Assembly: GCA_051652765.1 (NCBI GenBank)
Contig: JBOFUV010000033.1
Span: forward strand, 1-27,843
Length of the DNA: 27,843 bases
Source: Microcoleaceae cyanobacterium
GTDB lineage: Bacteria > Cyanobacteriota > Cyanobacteriia > Cyanobacteriales > Microcoleaceae
Reading direction: 5' to 3'
Below are positions 1 to 9,537 of the stretch, piece after piece. Position numbers and translations under genes: made by a program. The notes beneath the pieces are model-generated. The model made no database searches and was not told the origin of the DNA. It worked only from the letters and a program-made list of their open reading frames with translations. The stretch's first letter is position 1. The number at the start of each line of letters is the position of its first letter.

Positions 1-260
1 GCCGGAATATGGGACTGAACAAAAATCGTCGAATGGTCTAGGTCAATCCCACAGGCCAAGTATAAAGCAGCAATCGTGTAAGTGTCCGCTGCCAATGTTG
101 CAGGATTGTGGGGAACTGTAATCGCATGTAAATCGACAACACAAAAGAAGTTGTCATACTGACTTTGTCCTTCGACCCAGTTACGAATTGCACCCAAATA
201 ATTGCCAAGGTGGAGGTTTCCAGTCGGTTGAACACCAGAGAGAACTCGTTGTTTACCCAT
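1..260 (-). CDS. trpS: Tryptophanyl-tRNA synthetase, 5' part (runs off the window start)
   Basis: Manual translation from the ATG at 260 gives [48 protein letters not shown]..., which carries the class I HIGH-like motif (HLGN) and the TrpRS-typical QPTG and VDLHAIT motifs. It is absent from the ORF track because there is no stop codon in the window. Confidence 0.97.
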   Translation of the reverse strand, partial: MGKQRVLSGVQPTGNLHLGNYLGAIRNWVEGQSQYDNFFCVVDLHAITVPHNPATLAADTYTIAALYLACGIDLDHSTIFVQSHIP

Positions 261-398
261 GAAGCTTGATAAATCGAACGTTCAGGCTTTAGAGACAGCA
301 CACAAAGCCCTATGCATAAGTCTAGCAGACTCTCAAGAATTCAATGGGTTCCGAGGCCCATAAAGTCTTTATCCCAGGAGAAAACTTTTAGGGCAGTT

Positions 399-426
399 AG
401 TGTTAAAGAGTGTTAAAGATTGTGAA
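399..426. promoter_or_regulatory. 10-bp direct repeat, possible OmpR-family regulator site in the trpS/CHAT divergent region
   Basis: AGTGTTAAAG-AGTGTTAAAG-ATTGTGAA. The repeat is seen; the function is inferred. Confidence 0.3.
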
Positions 427-592
427 TTGTTCAGTATTGGAGGGTTGGTATTGAGAATAGAGTTGTAACCCTGACAGTCAATCATTGCAGACCAGGTAGT
501 ATTTTTTTAATTCTGCATAGAAGGATTTGAAGCATGGCTGAGCTGACGGAGGTCTGTGAGGATGTTTGAGCCGTATCTAGTGTGCTTATCCA

Positions 593-657
593 TCCCTAAA
601 ATCTCCTAATTCTTGGGAACGTCAAACCAGGTTTCCCTTAAACTTGGGGTCTAGGGA
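593..657. repeat. Degenerate palindromic REP-like intergenic repeat
   Basis: TCCCTA...TAGGGA ends with internal C-rich and G-rich arms, resembling a decayed cyanobacterial CCCCC/GGGGG short dispersed repeat. Confidence 0.3.
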
Positions 658-770
658 GTCATTCAAATAGCCTTCAAAACTGTTCAAGCGTTCTCTTAGA
701 CAGGTTCGAGATTTAGACAGTCGAGATTTAGCTTTAATTTTAGATTTAATTTTGGAAGTGATTTAACCTA

Positions 771-2318
771 ATGATTTTAAAGAAACATCTACACCGATTA
801 TCACACCGATTATTGTTTGACTTCAAAGCCCTAAAGCTTTTACGCGGGCGACTCAGCCAGCGAGTTATCTACCGGATCTTGATGCTTTGCTTGGGAATCT
901 TGATTGCCGTTAGTGTGGGCTCCTGCAGCGTAGGCTCTGAAGGAAACCCACAAGATCAAGCTTTGACAGAAACTCGTTCGGGTGCGACACGTCAGGGTCA
1001 GGATCAACCGCCAGAGAATCCAGTCATAACCCGATCCACAACCCGTTCAGCAACTCCTGCAGTGACTGCTCCTGTGCCATTGGATCAGGCTGTTACTGAA
1101 ATTGAAGGCACCTGGGAACAGCAATATGAAGACTTCTTTGGGAGCGATTTAGCAGAAGTTACCTTTGATGCCGAGGACATTGCCCAAATCCTTGACCAAA
1201 GGGCTCGTCAGACTCAAACCAAACCTGCGGTGCTTTGGGTGATTCCGGAGGAGGAACAGTTGAAGTTGATGTTAATCACTCCAGGAGAATCTCCGATCAC
1301 TCAACGTATTCCTGAAGCCAAACAGCAGACTCTGCTCCCCGTGGCTCAGACCCTGCGTTCTGAACTCACTGACCCCCGCAAACTAGGTCGAGATTCCTAC
1401 CTAGAACCAGCTCAGCAACTTTACCAATGGATTGTACAGCCCTTTGAAACGGTGCTTCGGGAAAAAGGGATTGATACGATTTTGTTCTGTACGGGGCCAG
1501 GGTTACGAACCGTACCCTTGGCAGCTCTCCACGATGGCCAACGGTTTCTGATTGAGACCTATGGGATCACCCGCATCCCCGCCTTTAACCTATTCAACTC
1601 TCAATGGGCTAGCGTGAAAACGGCTCATGTATTAGCGATGGGAGCCTCAGAGTTTCAACAACAACAACCCCTTCCGGCGGTGCCTTTAGAGTTGGCTGCA
1701 ATTGTCCAATCACCGCCCCCTCAATCTAACTCTTCAAGTTCAGGTCAGTGGCCAGGAAAAACATTTCTCAACCAAGCTTTTACTTTGAAGAATCTCCAAG
1801 ATCAACTGGCATCGAATGCCTTTGGGATTGTTCATCTAGCCACCCATGCGGAATTTAAACCGGGTTCCCCCAATAACTCTTACATTCAGCTTTGGGAGAC
1901 TCAATTGAGCCTCAACCAAATGGATGACATTAATTGGAGCGACCTTCCTGCCGAACTTTTGGTGTTGAGCGCTTGTAAAACTGCGATTGGTGATGAAACT
2001 GTTGAGCTGGGGTTTGCTGGGTTAGCACTCCAAGCCGGGGTTAAATCAGCGCTAGCGAGTTTGTGGTCTGTGAGCGATGCCGGAACCTTAGCCCTGATGA
2101 ATGAGTTTTATCAGCAACTCAAAACGTCATCAACTAAGGCCAATGCCCTACGGCAAGCTCAAATCGCAATGTTGTCAGGAAAAGTTCGGCTCAAGGAAGG
2201 AGAACTGCTTAGCTCTAGGGGAGAAATTGCTTTGCCTCCAGATCTTGCTCAACTCTATGCAGACTTTTCTCATCCCTTCTACTGGGCAGGATTTAGCTTG
2301 GTGGGCAGTCCTTGGTAA
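771..2318 (+). CDS. CHAT-domain (caspase-like, clan CD) protein, putative lipoprotein
   Basis: Catalytic-dyad motifs IVHLATHA and LLVLSACKTA, plus SLWSVSD and the C-terminal HPFYWAGFSLVG. The N-terminal basic and hydrophobic stretch ends in VGSC (Cys codon at 924). Start is uncertain (alternative ATG at 882). Confidence 0.93.
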   Translation: MILKKHLHRLSHRLLFDFKALKLLRGRLSQRVIYRILMLCLGILIAVSVGSCSVGSEGNPQDQALTETRSGATRQGQDQPPENPVITRSTTRSATPAVTAPVPLDQAVTEIEGTWEQQYEDFFGSDLAEVTFDAEDIAQILDQRARQTQTKPAVLWVIPEEEQLKLMLITPGESPITQRIPEAKQQTLLPVAQTLRSELTDPRKLGRDSYLEPAQQLYQWIVQPFETVLREKGIDTILFCTGPGLRTVPLAALHDGQRFLIETYGITRIPAFNLFNSQWASVKTAHVLAMGASEFQQQQPLPAVPLELAAIVQSPPPQSNSSSSGQWPGKTFLNQAFTLKNLQDQLASNAFGIVHLATHAEFKPGSPNNSYIQLWETQLSLNQMDDINWSDLPAELLVLSACKTAIGDETVELGFAGLALQAGVKSALASLWSVSDAGTLALMNEFYQQLKTSSTKANALRQAQIAMLSGKVRLKEGELLSSRGEIALPPDLAQLYADFSHPFYWAGFSLVGSPW

Positions 2319-2390
2319 TCTAAGTGGTTAATGTTACAAGCTAATGTGACAAGATAGAAAAAGTCACAATTTTTAAGTCTGGATCTGGTT

Positions 2391-2792
2391 ATGTCCTCTC
2401 TCGATCTGCCCTTCCAACGTCTTCGGGAATTCCGCGCCTCACTGCTGCTGCTCCACAAAGCTCTATTAGAATCCGAACGAATTACCTATGAACAGTCCCA
2501 TGGGCGAATTCAGACCCAGGGAGAATTTTTTCGCCTCGCCCTTGGAGATGAATGGTTTAGTTGGTTGCGACCCTTCTCCCAATTTATTGTAGAGATTGAT
2601 GAAGCCCTCGATGCCAAAGAACCGATGACCCTAGAACAAGCCAAGGAACTGTTGGAGGCAGCCCGTCTGCTGTTGCGTCCAGCAGAAAATGGAACCCTAC
2701 GGGAGAAACGCTACTACGAAGCCATTCAGCGCGATCCAAATATCGCCCTAGTCCATGCCGAGACCTCTAGAGTATTGAATCGCAAGCCCTAG
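2391..2792 (+). CDS. Hypothetical helical protein
   Basis: 133-aa ORF with protein-like composition that fills the gap between two genes. No function recognised. Confidence 0.8.
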   Translation: MSSLDLPFQRLREFRASLLLLHKALLESERITYEQSHGRIQTQGEFFRLALGDEWFSWLRPFSQFIVEIDEALDAKEPMTLEQAKELLEAARLLLRPAENGTLREKRYYEAIQRDPNIALVHAETSRVLNRKP

Positions 2793-2896
2793 AAATTGGC
2801 CGTCCCCCTGCCTTAGATGGGCCAATGATTTGCTCAAGTGGGAGACGGCGGCAGGATTTTAACACCCAACCCTGCTGTTTCTTAGGACTGTCCCTC

Positions 2897-3964
2897 TTAA
2901 TTCACTTGAACTCGAGAAGAGTTGAGCATTATCTCAACCTCTCCCAAATTCCAGACTTGGCCATCTAAGGCCATTTGCTCAATCAAGCTTGCCAAGCGCA
3001 ACGCCTTCAAACCCTGCTCTCCGCCAACAGAAGGTTGGTTCCCTCCCCGAACACACCCCACAAAATGTTCAAGTTCGGCGTGCAACGGTTCAATATTGCT
3101 GGTGTAGACTTTTTCAATTAATCCATCCTGACGATACAACACCTGGCCATAGTCTGTAACACAGCTTGCGGTCATTTGGCGATGGATCAGAATTTCGTTA
3201 TTCAAAAAGTCGGCTTCTGTTAAGGAATTCTTACAGTGGGCCTTGATTGACCGCAGTTTGCGATGGGTTACCTTGCTCGCAGTTAACGTCGCAACAATAC
3301 CATTCGCAAACCCAAGGGTCGCAGTCACATAATCCAAATACCCAGAGTTTGAGGCTTGGCTACCACTGGCCGTGAGTCGCACCACTTGGGACGCAGCCAA
3401 CTCTAACAACAAATCGATATCGTGAATCATTAAATCCAGGACTACCGAGACATCATTGGCACGGTTGGAGTAGGGACTCATCCGATGGGCCTCAAGCGCC
3501 AGAACTTCCTCCGTCTTCAAGACTTTGCTAAGTTCTTGGAACGCCGGATTGAACCGTTCAATGTGGCCGACCTGCAAAATACATTGATGCTTGGCTGCTG
3601 CATTCACTAGGGATTCTGCCTCGGCAATGTTAGCCGCAATCGGCTTTTCAATCAGCACATGAACCCCTGCTTGTAAACAAGTCATGCCAACTGAGTAATG
3701 CAACCGAGTCGGAACCGCAATACAAACTGCGTCTACGTGACCGAGCAGGTCGTGATAGTCTTCAAAAAAGTGAACTCGATACTTGCTGGCCGTATCGAGT
3801 CCGCGCTCTACGTTAATATCTGCTACCCCAATGAGTTCGACATCTTTCAGCAAACTCAGAACGCGAGTATGATGCTGGCCCATATTGCCAACGCCAATGA
3901 TTCCAACTCGTAAAGGGTCAAGTTGACCCCGCCCAGCAGAAACAGTTGAATATCCTTCTGACAT
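2897..3964 (-). CDS. Gfo/Idh/MocA family NAD(P)-dependent oxidoreductase
   Basis: Rossmann motif VGIIGVGNMG, plus HVLIEKPIA, VGHIERFNP and DLMIHDID. Start placed at MSEG (3964), downstream of purine-rich SD-like tracts; the ORF track extends it to 4075. Confidence 0.93.
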   Translation of the reverse strand: MSEGYSTVSAGRGQLDPLRVGIIGVGNMGQHHTRVLSLLKDVELIGVADINVERGLDTASKYRVHFFEDYHDLLGHVDAVCIAVPTRLHYSVGMTCLQAGVHVLIEKPIAANIAEAESLVNAAAKHQCILQVGHIERFNPAFQELSKVLKTEEVLALEAHRMSPYSNRANDVSVVLDLMIHDIDLLLELAASQVVRLTASGSQASNSGYLDYVTATLGFANGIVATLTASKVTHRKLRSIKAHCKNSLTEADFLNNEILIHRQMTASCVTDYGQVLYRQDGLIEKVYTSNIEPLHAELEHFVGCVRGGNQPSVGGEQGLKALRLASLIEQMALDGQVWNLGEVEIMLNSSRVQVN

Positions 3965-4129
3965 CCTATTTAGCACTCCTGGATTCTCCTCCACCACAGA
4001 AAACAGACAGTTACCTGCCAAAGCTGCAAAATCCATCCAGATACTATCACAGCCTTTCGTTTTGTAACGAATCAAGAAGCTAGATTTAGGTTCCCGATTT
4101 GGATTCTGACTCTCTCAAGCTTCCCTGAG

Positions 4130-4480
4130 TTAGCCAAAGGTCGTGCTATTCCAGCCCCACAAGGCCCCAGATGCACTGGCAAACTCAATATAGATCCGAT
4201 TGACTGGAACCCCTAAAGCTCGATGAATCTGTTGGCAAAATTCTTGACTCATGGCCTTGGTTTTCTCAGTTGGCAGACCAATACTCTTGATCTCCAAATA
4301 GCAGACTGGATCAGTTGTTCCCGCAAAAGTCATGGGAACATCGGGTTCAAAAATCGTCATCACATAGGATTCTGGTTTCTCCAACTGCTGGGCTAGGCTT
4401 GCCGATAGTGTTTTTAGCAAAGATTCGACTTCGGGTTTCCCAGGAGTTGGAACAGAAGTTTGAACTTTAATTAAAGGCAT
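4130..4480 (-). CDS. MIF / phenylpyruvate tautomerase family protein
   Basis: MPLIKVQTS start (catalytic Pro1 after Met removal), KPESYVM, RIYIEF and WGWNSTTF. GGAGG SD upstream of the ATG at 4480. Confidence 0.92.
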   Translation of the reverse strand: MPLIKVQTSVPTPGKPEVESLLKTLSASLAQQLEKPESYVMTIFEPDVPMTFAGTTDPVCYLEIKSIGLPTEKTKAMSQEFCQQIHRALGVPVNRIYIEFASASGALWGWNSTTFG

Positions 4481-4778
4481 TCTGGTTGTCCTCCATCGTT
4501 CCAATCCGTGCTGGCTAGGGATAGACTCTCTTCTTCCTCTACATCACAGCGATAGAAGACCAGGGGAGTTTCTTGGAGAATTTTTTGTTTCACTTGTTTG
4601 TCTAACAAGAGTTTAGGTTTCCAAACATGTTACAGCCTTTAGTGTATCAAGCTGTGGTGGAATCGCTGTTTTACTGACTGAGAACTTTTAGTGGAATTGA
4701 TCTAAATCTTTCCGAACTCGTTCAACTTCTTCTTGTAGTTGAGTTTAACAAATTGATCAATCAATTAGGCCGTAAACT

Positions 4779-5306
4779 ATGATGAAACTTAAATTCTTGT
4801 CTCCTCTATTGATCCTGGCATTCGGACTGGTAACACCGGTTACAGCTAAAGCTGAAGTTGCTCAAGAAGTTGCTCAGAATGCTTTCAACCCACCCTTAAT
4901 CATTAGTCAAGTTCAAACGAGAACTACTTCCCTTTCTTTGGGAGAAGCAGCGGATTTGATCAACGACTGGCTCACTGCAAAATCTCAAATTTTTGGGCCG
5001 CCCTTTGATCAACAAACCCTGGCAACTTATGCCACAGGAACACTTTATGTAGACACATTGCAAGCGATAGATTTTCTAATGGAAAATCAGGGTTACTATG
5101 AATATGGGGTTCAAAAAATCGAGTCTGTTGATCAATTTGCGATCGCTGGAAATAAAGCCACTATTGAAGTTCAAGTTACAGAAGATTCGACTTTCTATAA
5201 AAATGGTCGAGTCGTAGATAGCAGCTTCAATACTAAACGAGTGCGATACAAACTTGAATATCGCGGAAATGCCTGGAAAATCGCAGACTCTCAAATCTTG
5301 AATTAA
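4779..5306 (+). CDS. Exported protein with ARC6/Ftn2-like IMS (DUF4101) domain
   Basis: Signal peptide ending in AKA, followed by WLTAKSQIFGPPFD, YYEYGVQKI, ATIEVQVTED and VRYKL...WKIAD, which are typical of the IMS domain. Confidence 0.8.
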   Translation: MMKLKFLSPLLILAFGLVTPVTAKAEVAQEVAQNAFNPPLIISQVQTRTTSLSLGEAADLINDWLTAKSQIFGPPFDQQTLATYATGTLYVDTLQAIDFLMENQGYYEYGVQKIESVDQFAIAGNKATIEVQVTEDSTFYKNGRVVDSSFNTKRVRYKLEYRGNAWKIADSQILN

Positions 5307-5315
5307 GCAGATTTT

Positions 5316-5349
5316 TGAAGGTTAATTCTGAAGGTTAATTCTGAAGGTT
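5316..5349. repeat. 13-bp tandem repeat (TGAAGGTTAATTC, about 2.6 copies)
   Basis: Units start at 5316 and 5329, with a partial unit at 5342. Confidence 0.9.
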
Positions 5350-5373
5350 GAGGTTAGAGAAGATCTCAACTTT

Positions 5374-5460
5374 CTACCGCAATCCTATTACATCATAATC
5401 AGGGTATAGGCAAGATGCTTGTACCACAGGCATCTCATAAATCACCTAGGACAGCTATAG
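5374..5460. mobile_element. Degenerate MITE/REP-like element
   Basis: Imperfect terminal inverted repeats CTACCGCAATCCTA / TAGGACAGCTATAG (10/14 match) enclose a REP-like core AGGCAAGATGCTTGTACCAC. Confidence 0.45.
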
Positions 5461-5539
5461 TTGGAATTGTAGAATTAGCAACGTTACTAGTTCTTAATTT
5501 AAAGAGGGCTTTACACCGTTAGGATTGGACTAACTGAGA

Positions 5540-6148
5540 CTACTTTTTTCTATAACACGCATTTCCAGATGCCGTAGATTTAGATTGGTCTTGATCCGTG
5601 CGAATAGCCCCTAATAGCGTTGAAATGATCACGCAGCGACGATATTCGCCTAAATTCTGGTGTTTTAGGGTGACTGTTCCCATAGCCTTGAGAGAAGTTT
5701 GATTACACTCATTACCGATTGTGTAAATTGGACAACCCTTATAGTTGAAGAGCACGCGGTAAAAGCGCATATTGCTGTTAGATAAACACTGTTCATCGCC
5801 AGATGCAGCAGGTTCACACTTAAGTCTGGTTTGATCAGGATCGATCTGAACCCCCTTCTCCAGATTATTCCAAGTTGTTGGGGGTACTCTTGCTGGATGA
5901 ACTGACCACTGGGCTCGATTTCCTGACTGTCGAAAGCTAGCTTGCCAGGTTGTTCTTTCTCGCTTAGCCTCGCTGCGAGCGGTCTGCATGGCCCAGTAGA
6001 GTTGATCCGTTGACGTTCGGAGTTGTTGGCGGCTGATAAAGGCTAACCAACTGGGCGCAACCACCAGAGACAAAATCCCAATGATAATAGTAATGACTAA
6101 AACTTCTACTAGCGTAAACCCAGTTTGAGAGCGTTTGGACTTTAACAT
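5540..6148 (-). CDS. Type IV pilin / pseudopilin-like protein (prepilin N-methylation motif)
   Basis: Class III signal G|FTLVEVLV with Glu5, a hydrophobic helix, and several C-terminal cysteines. Confidence 0.92.
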   Translation of the reverse strand: MLKSKRSQTGFTLVEVLVITIIIGILSLVVAPSWLAFISRQQLRTSTDQLYWAMQTARSEAKRERTTWQASFRQSGNRAQWSVHPARVPPTTWNNLEKGVQIDPDQTRLKCEPAASGDEQCLSNSNMRFYRVLFNYKGCPIYTIGNECNQTSLKAMGTVTLKHQNLGEYRRCVIISTLLGAIRTDQDQSKSTASGNACYRKK

Positions 6149-6241
6149 AATAGAGCCCTTGATTCCCCACAGTGTTTCTCACGTCAGTCAAGCCGGGTTT
6201 TGAGCAAGCTTCAAGCAAAAGCAACCTTCCAAATTTTAAGC

Positions 6242-6973
6242 TTAAATTGATCCTTGCAACCAACGACCATACCGAGCAATTGCAGGCGGGAGAGAATTTG
6301 GATCTTGGCAGATTAACCAGGCCCAAAGTTGATCGCCATAGGAAAAATGCCACCATTCATTTGGATGTTGTCGAAATCCGGCAGCCCCCATTATTTGAGC
6401 TAAATACTGGCGATTTTGGTGATAGACTTGCTCTTGAAAATCGGAACTTTGAGAGAAATGATCGGGAAAAGAACGGGGTGAAATTTCATCAATTGGTGAT
6501 CCCATTTCTATGGGGATTCCTCTTGCATTAGTCAGGGTAATATCAACCGCTGCTCCAGTACTATGAGGTGGAGGCGTTGCTGGATCTAAACTTGGAATAG
6601 CCCAGAACTGATAGACTTTATCCATCAGAATTCTATGCTGTTCTTCAGATAGATCTTGAGGATTTAAACCTTGATTTTGAAGCAGTTCTTTAAACGTATA
6701 GTTCACCATGAATTGCTGAACTTCAATCGGTCGATAGGCATCAAAAATAGAGATCTTCCACCCTGGACAATCAGCATTTAAACCAGCTTGAGCATTGATT
6801 AAACGTGCGAGTACACTCTGTCTCAAAAAATAAGGAGAATCCGCTGGAGACAAGGTGTAAGGTGCACCCAACTTTTCGTAAGGATGGGGAGATTCAACAG
6901 CAAATTGGTCAAGCGGTATGGGGACTAACGGTTCACCGCAGTCCTCAATAGGAATAGATTGATAGGGCTTCAT
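6242..6973 (-). CDS. ddpX: D-alanyl-D-alanine dipeptidase (M15D, VanX/DdpX family)
   Basis: DAYRP, PPPHSTGAAVDITL (Zn ligands H and D) and NEWWHFSYG motifs. Confidence 0.92.
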   Translation of the reverse strand: MKPYQSIPIEDCGEPLVPIPLDQFAVESPHPYEKLGAPYTLSPADSPYFLRQSVLARLINAQAGLNADCPGWKISIFDAYRPIEVQQFMVNYTFKELLQNQGLNPQDLSEEQHRILMDKVYQFWAIPSLDPATPPPHSTGAAVDITLTNARGIPIEMGSPIDEISPRSFPDHFSQSSDFQEQVYHQNRQYLAQIMGAAGFRQHPNEWWHFSYGDQLWAWLICQDPNSLPPAIARYGRWLQGSI

Positions 6974-6978
6974 ATTGA

Positions 6979-7641
6979 CTAGGTTTGACGGTGAGCAATC
7001 ACAGCGTAAAATGGATCGGCTCCACCCAGTCCCAGCATTTGAAAAATGGGAGAGACAGAAGACTGATGAACAATCACTTCTGGACTACTAAATCCCGGCA
7101 AACCTTCCCCTTGAACTGAATTGAAATATCCCTGAACTAGTTCAACGCGGCCTGATTCTGAATGCTCTCGCCAAGCGGTAATTGCTTTTTGAAAAAACAT
7201 CCGGTTTGAGAAGCTAATGATTGCAATTCCTCTGGGTTTTAAAATGCGATGCATTTCATGAAAAATGGCCTCAGGATATTGTAAATACTGGACTGAAACA
7301 CAATTGAGCACTGCATCAAATTCTTGATCTGGCAGGGGCAATTTGGGATTTTGATTCAAATTTTGCACAATGTAATGATCTAAGCGCGGGTTTTTAGCAA
7401 GCTCCTCCGCATTCAGACCATGTCCCTCAACGTGGGCAAATTCCAGGTCTTCCGGTAAATGAGACACCCAACTGCTCATCAGATCTAAAATGCGGGTATT
7501 GGGCTGTAACCGCTCTCGGTAAAGACGGGTGAGCTGGTCAATGAATCCCTCATCAACATGAGTGACCAATCGCGGGACAGAATAAAATAGAGAATCATCC
7601 GTATCATCAAGCTTTTGTCGGTCTTGAGATTGTAACAACAT
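6979..7641 (-). CDS. Class I SAM-dependent methyltransferase
   Basis: ILDLMSSWVSHLP, LPLPDQEFDAVL and RILKPRG motifs of a conserved cyanobacterial/plant family. Confidence 0.9.
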   Translation of the reverse strand: MLLQSQDRQKLDDTDDSLFYSVPRLVTHVDEGFIDQLTRLYRERLQPNTRILDLMSSWVSHLPEDLEFAHVEGHGLNAEELAKNPRLDHYIVQNLNQNPKLPLPDQEFDAVLNCVSVQYLQYPEAIFHEMHRILKPRGIAIISFSNRMFFQKAITAWREHSESGRVELVQGYFNSVQGEGLPGFSSPEVIVHQSSVSPIFQMLGLGGADPFYAVIAHRQT

Positions 7642-7673
7642 ACAAAGGAACGTAACGAAAGGTTTACACTTGC

Positions 7674-8192
7674 CTAGTGTAACGAAGAATTGGGTCTTAA
7701 GATCCGATGCAGATCTAAACTGGGAGGCGCAACAGTAGTCTGAGATAACAAACCGTGAACTTGGCCACGATGATGGGTTTGATGGTTGAAGAAATGAGTG
7801 ATTAAGATCTCCACCGGATCAGCATGAAGGTTGCCCGCATGATTACGATAGTGAAGCATTTGGGTGAGGAATCCTGCCGATACCTGTTCAAAAAAATGTT
7901 TGATTTCTGCATCTTCCTGCTCTCGCATCCCTCGAAGTTCAGCAAACTCTTCAGACAAAATTGCGTCTAATCCAATCGATGAGATCGTCTCTCCCTGAAA
8001 CCGAGCCATCCAAATGCGATCGCCCACCAAGATATGATTGAGAGTTCCATGAATACTCTTAAAAAATGCAGGGCGAGGTTGCTTGCGCTCTTGATCAGTC
8101 AGTTGGTTGCAGGCTTCGTAAAGTTTTTGGTTTGCTAAAGCGTTATAACAAGATAACTGTTGGAAATGAGAGACAAGTGTCACAAAGTTCAT
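7674..8192 (-). CDS. DinB/YfiT-like family protein
   Basis: FFKSIHGTLNHIL and HFFNHQTHHRGQ His-triad motifs. Confidence 0.92.
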   Translation of the reverse strand: MNFVTLVSHFQQLSCYNALANQKLYEACNQLTDQERKQPRPAFFKSIHGTLNHILVGDRIWMARFQGETISSIGLDAILSEEFAELRGMREQEDAEIKHFFEQVSAGFLTQMLHYRNHAGNLHADPVEILITHFFNHQTHHRGQVHGLLSQTTVAPPSLDLHRILRPNSSLH

Positions 8193-8496
8193 TATCTAAA
8201 ACCCACTTAAAAAGTTAAGCTTAAAATCCTTTCACAAAGTTCAGATTGCAATCAGGAATGATTGATGAGATGTTTAAGTTCACACTTTAGATCTAATTGC
8301 CGTATTTATACTTTTTTATACTCGCACTTTTTATGGGTTAAATCAAAGCTTTAATGAAAAGATTTTATGCTCTAAATTTCACCTGGTCAGTTGGATTAAT
8401 GACTCACTAAACGTCGTGATATTACTGATGATTTTCATCAAAGATTTGCCTAGAATATTTCTAAGGAGATAATTATTTTAGATCAAATTTTAAGAC

Positions 8497-8721
8497 ATGA
8501 ATATTCCAGTTAGCCTAGTTCGATACGCATTAGGTGAATTATTTGCTACGGCTTACGAGACGGGCTGTCTTACGCTTGCAGATCGGTATGGTTTAATGGC
8601 AGCTATTTTTGATGAGTCTATCAGTGATGATGAAAAACAGGCACTTGATCGATTGCTTCGAGCAGTTTCTCGAGGGCAGATTAAAGCCATTGATGAACTT
8701 TCTGTCATTCAACTCACCTGA
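8497..8721 (+). CDS. Small cyanobacterial hypothetical protein
   Basis: 74 aa containing LTLADRYGLMAA...DRLLRAVSRG, which resembles a recurrent small cyanobacterial family of unknown function. AT-rich upstream promoter region. Confidence 0.8.
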   Translation: MNIPVSLVRYALGELFATAYETGCLTLADRYGLMAAIFDESISDDEKQALDRLLRAVSRGQIKAIDELSVIQLT

Positions 8722-8725
8722 GGAG

Positions 8726-9217
8726 TTAACACTTTCCTTTAGTCCTATCTGGTAATACTGCCTCACAAAACGTTGCCCCTTCGAGTTTTGCATTCCTCAA
8801 ATTGGCGTTAGAAAGATTGGCATTTTCAAACCGAGCGTTCTCCAAAAACGCTCGATACAAATCTGACCAAGATAGGTCTGCGCCTGTTAAATTAGCGTCT
8901 CGAAGGTTTGTGGTGTGCAATTTAGCATCCCGTAGGTCGGCCCCTGACAAATCAGCTCCGATCAAATTTGCGGAACTCAGGTCTGCTCCTCTGAGCTTGG
9001 CTCCCCTCAAGTTCGCATTTTGCAGGTTCACACCCAATAAGTCTGCGCCACTTAGCTCGGCCTCCCCTAAATTTGCATTGCTGAGGTCACACTGCGAACA
9101 TTTCTTAGTATCAAACAATTGTTTAAGATCCGCCTGAAGTTCCGCGATCGCTGGAAAATTTGTACCCAAGAGGAGGAAGACTGAGCTTAATGCTGAGATG
9201 GTAAGTTTGAAGTTCAT
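8726..9217 (-). CDS. Exported pentapeptide-repeat protein
   Basis: Signal peptide MNFK...AIA, CSQCDLS, and many A(D/N)Lxx repeats. Start moved to the ATG at 9217. Confidence 0.93.
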   Translation of the reverse strand: MNFKLTISALSSVFLLLGTNFPAIAELQADLKQLFDTKKCSQCDLSNANLGEAELSGADLLGVNLQNANLRGAKLRGADLSSANLIGADLSGADLRDAKLHTTNLRDANLTGADLSWSDLYRAFLENARFENANLSNANLRNAKLEGATFCEAVLPDRTKGKC

Positions 9218-9272
9218 TTGAAGTTCATCGGTGATTTTAGATTTGACATTGAAGATTGGAATCAACTCAGTT

Positions 9273-9358
9273 CTATCACTGTCCTAGGTCAACAACAAGT
9301 AAGGGACTTGAAAGAGAAATACAAAGAAATTTAAGTTGTTGACGTTAGTATTGCTGAG
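9273..9358. mobile_element. Degenerate MITE-like inverted-repeat element
   Basis: The left end CTATCACTGTCCTAGGT matches the reverse complement of 5444-5460 at 15/17. Internal perfect inverted repeat GTCAACAAC (9288) / GTTGTTGAC (9335). Confidence 0.45.
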
Positions 9359-9537
9359 GTCAGATAAAATGAGGCCAAAATCTACAGGATTGACCAGGGT
9401 AACAAACAGCATATTCTCTCTAAAAACGGTCAGTTGTATAGAGTTTGTTACGAAAATGGATTGCCTACCTTCTATCCCATGAATTTCATTGGAATTCTCC
9501 CATAGACTAAATATGTAAGATTTTAAACTCAGAGATT

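Noticed and set aside
38..301. 87-aa minus-strand ORF
   Set aside because: Out-of-frame shadow of trpS with no recognisable motifs.
2345..2368. TGTGAC...GTCACA as a CRP/SyCRP site
   Set aside because: The spacer between TGTGA and TCACA is 14 bp, not 6.
2795..2876. Alternative hairpins (ATTGGCC/GGCCAAT, GCCGTC/GACGGC, GCAGG/CCTGC) as a riboswitch
   Set aside because: They lie between convergent 3' ends and the stems are short. More likely terminator or stability structures.
5964..6531. ORFs 5964..6356 (-) and 6172..6531 (+)
   Set aside because: They overlap the better-supported pilin and ddpX genes and have non-protein-like composition.
8802..9137. 111-aa plus-strand ORF with periodic sequence
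   Set aside because: Antisense shadow of the pentapeptide repeats.
9515..9528. GTA-N8-AAC as an NtcA site
   Set aside because: The half-site is mismatched in AT-rich DNA, and no -10 is evident at the canonical ~22-bp spacing.
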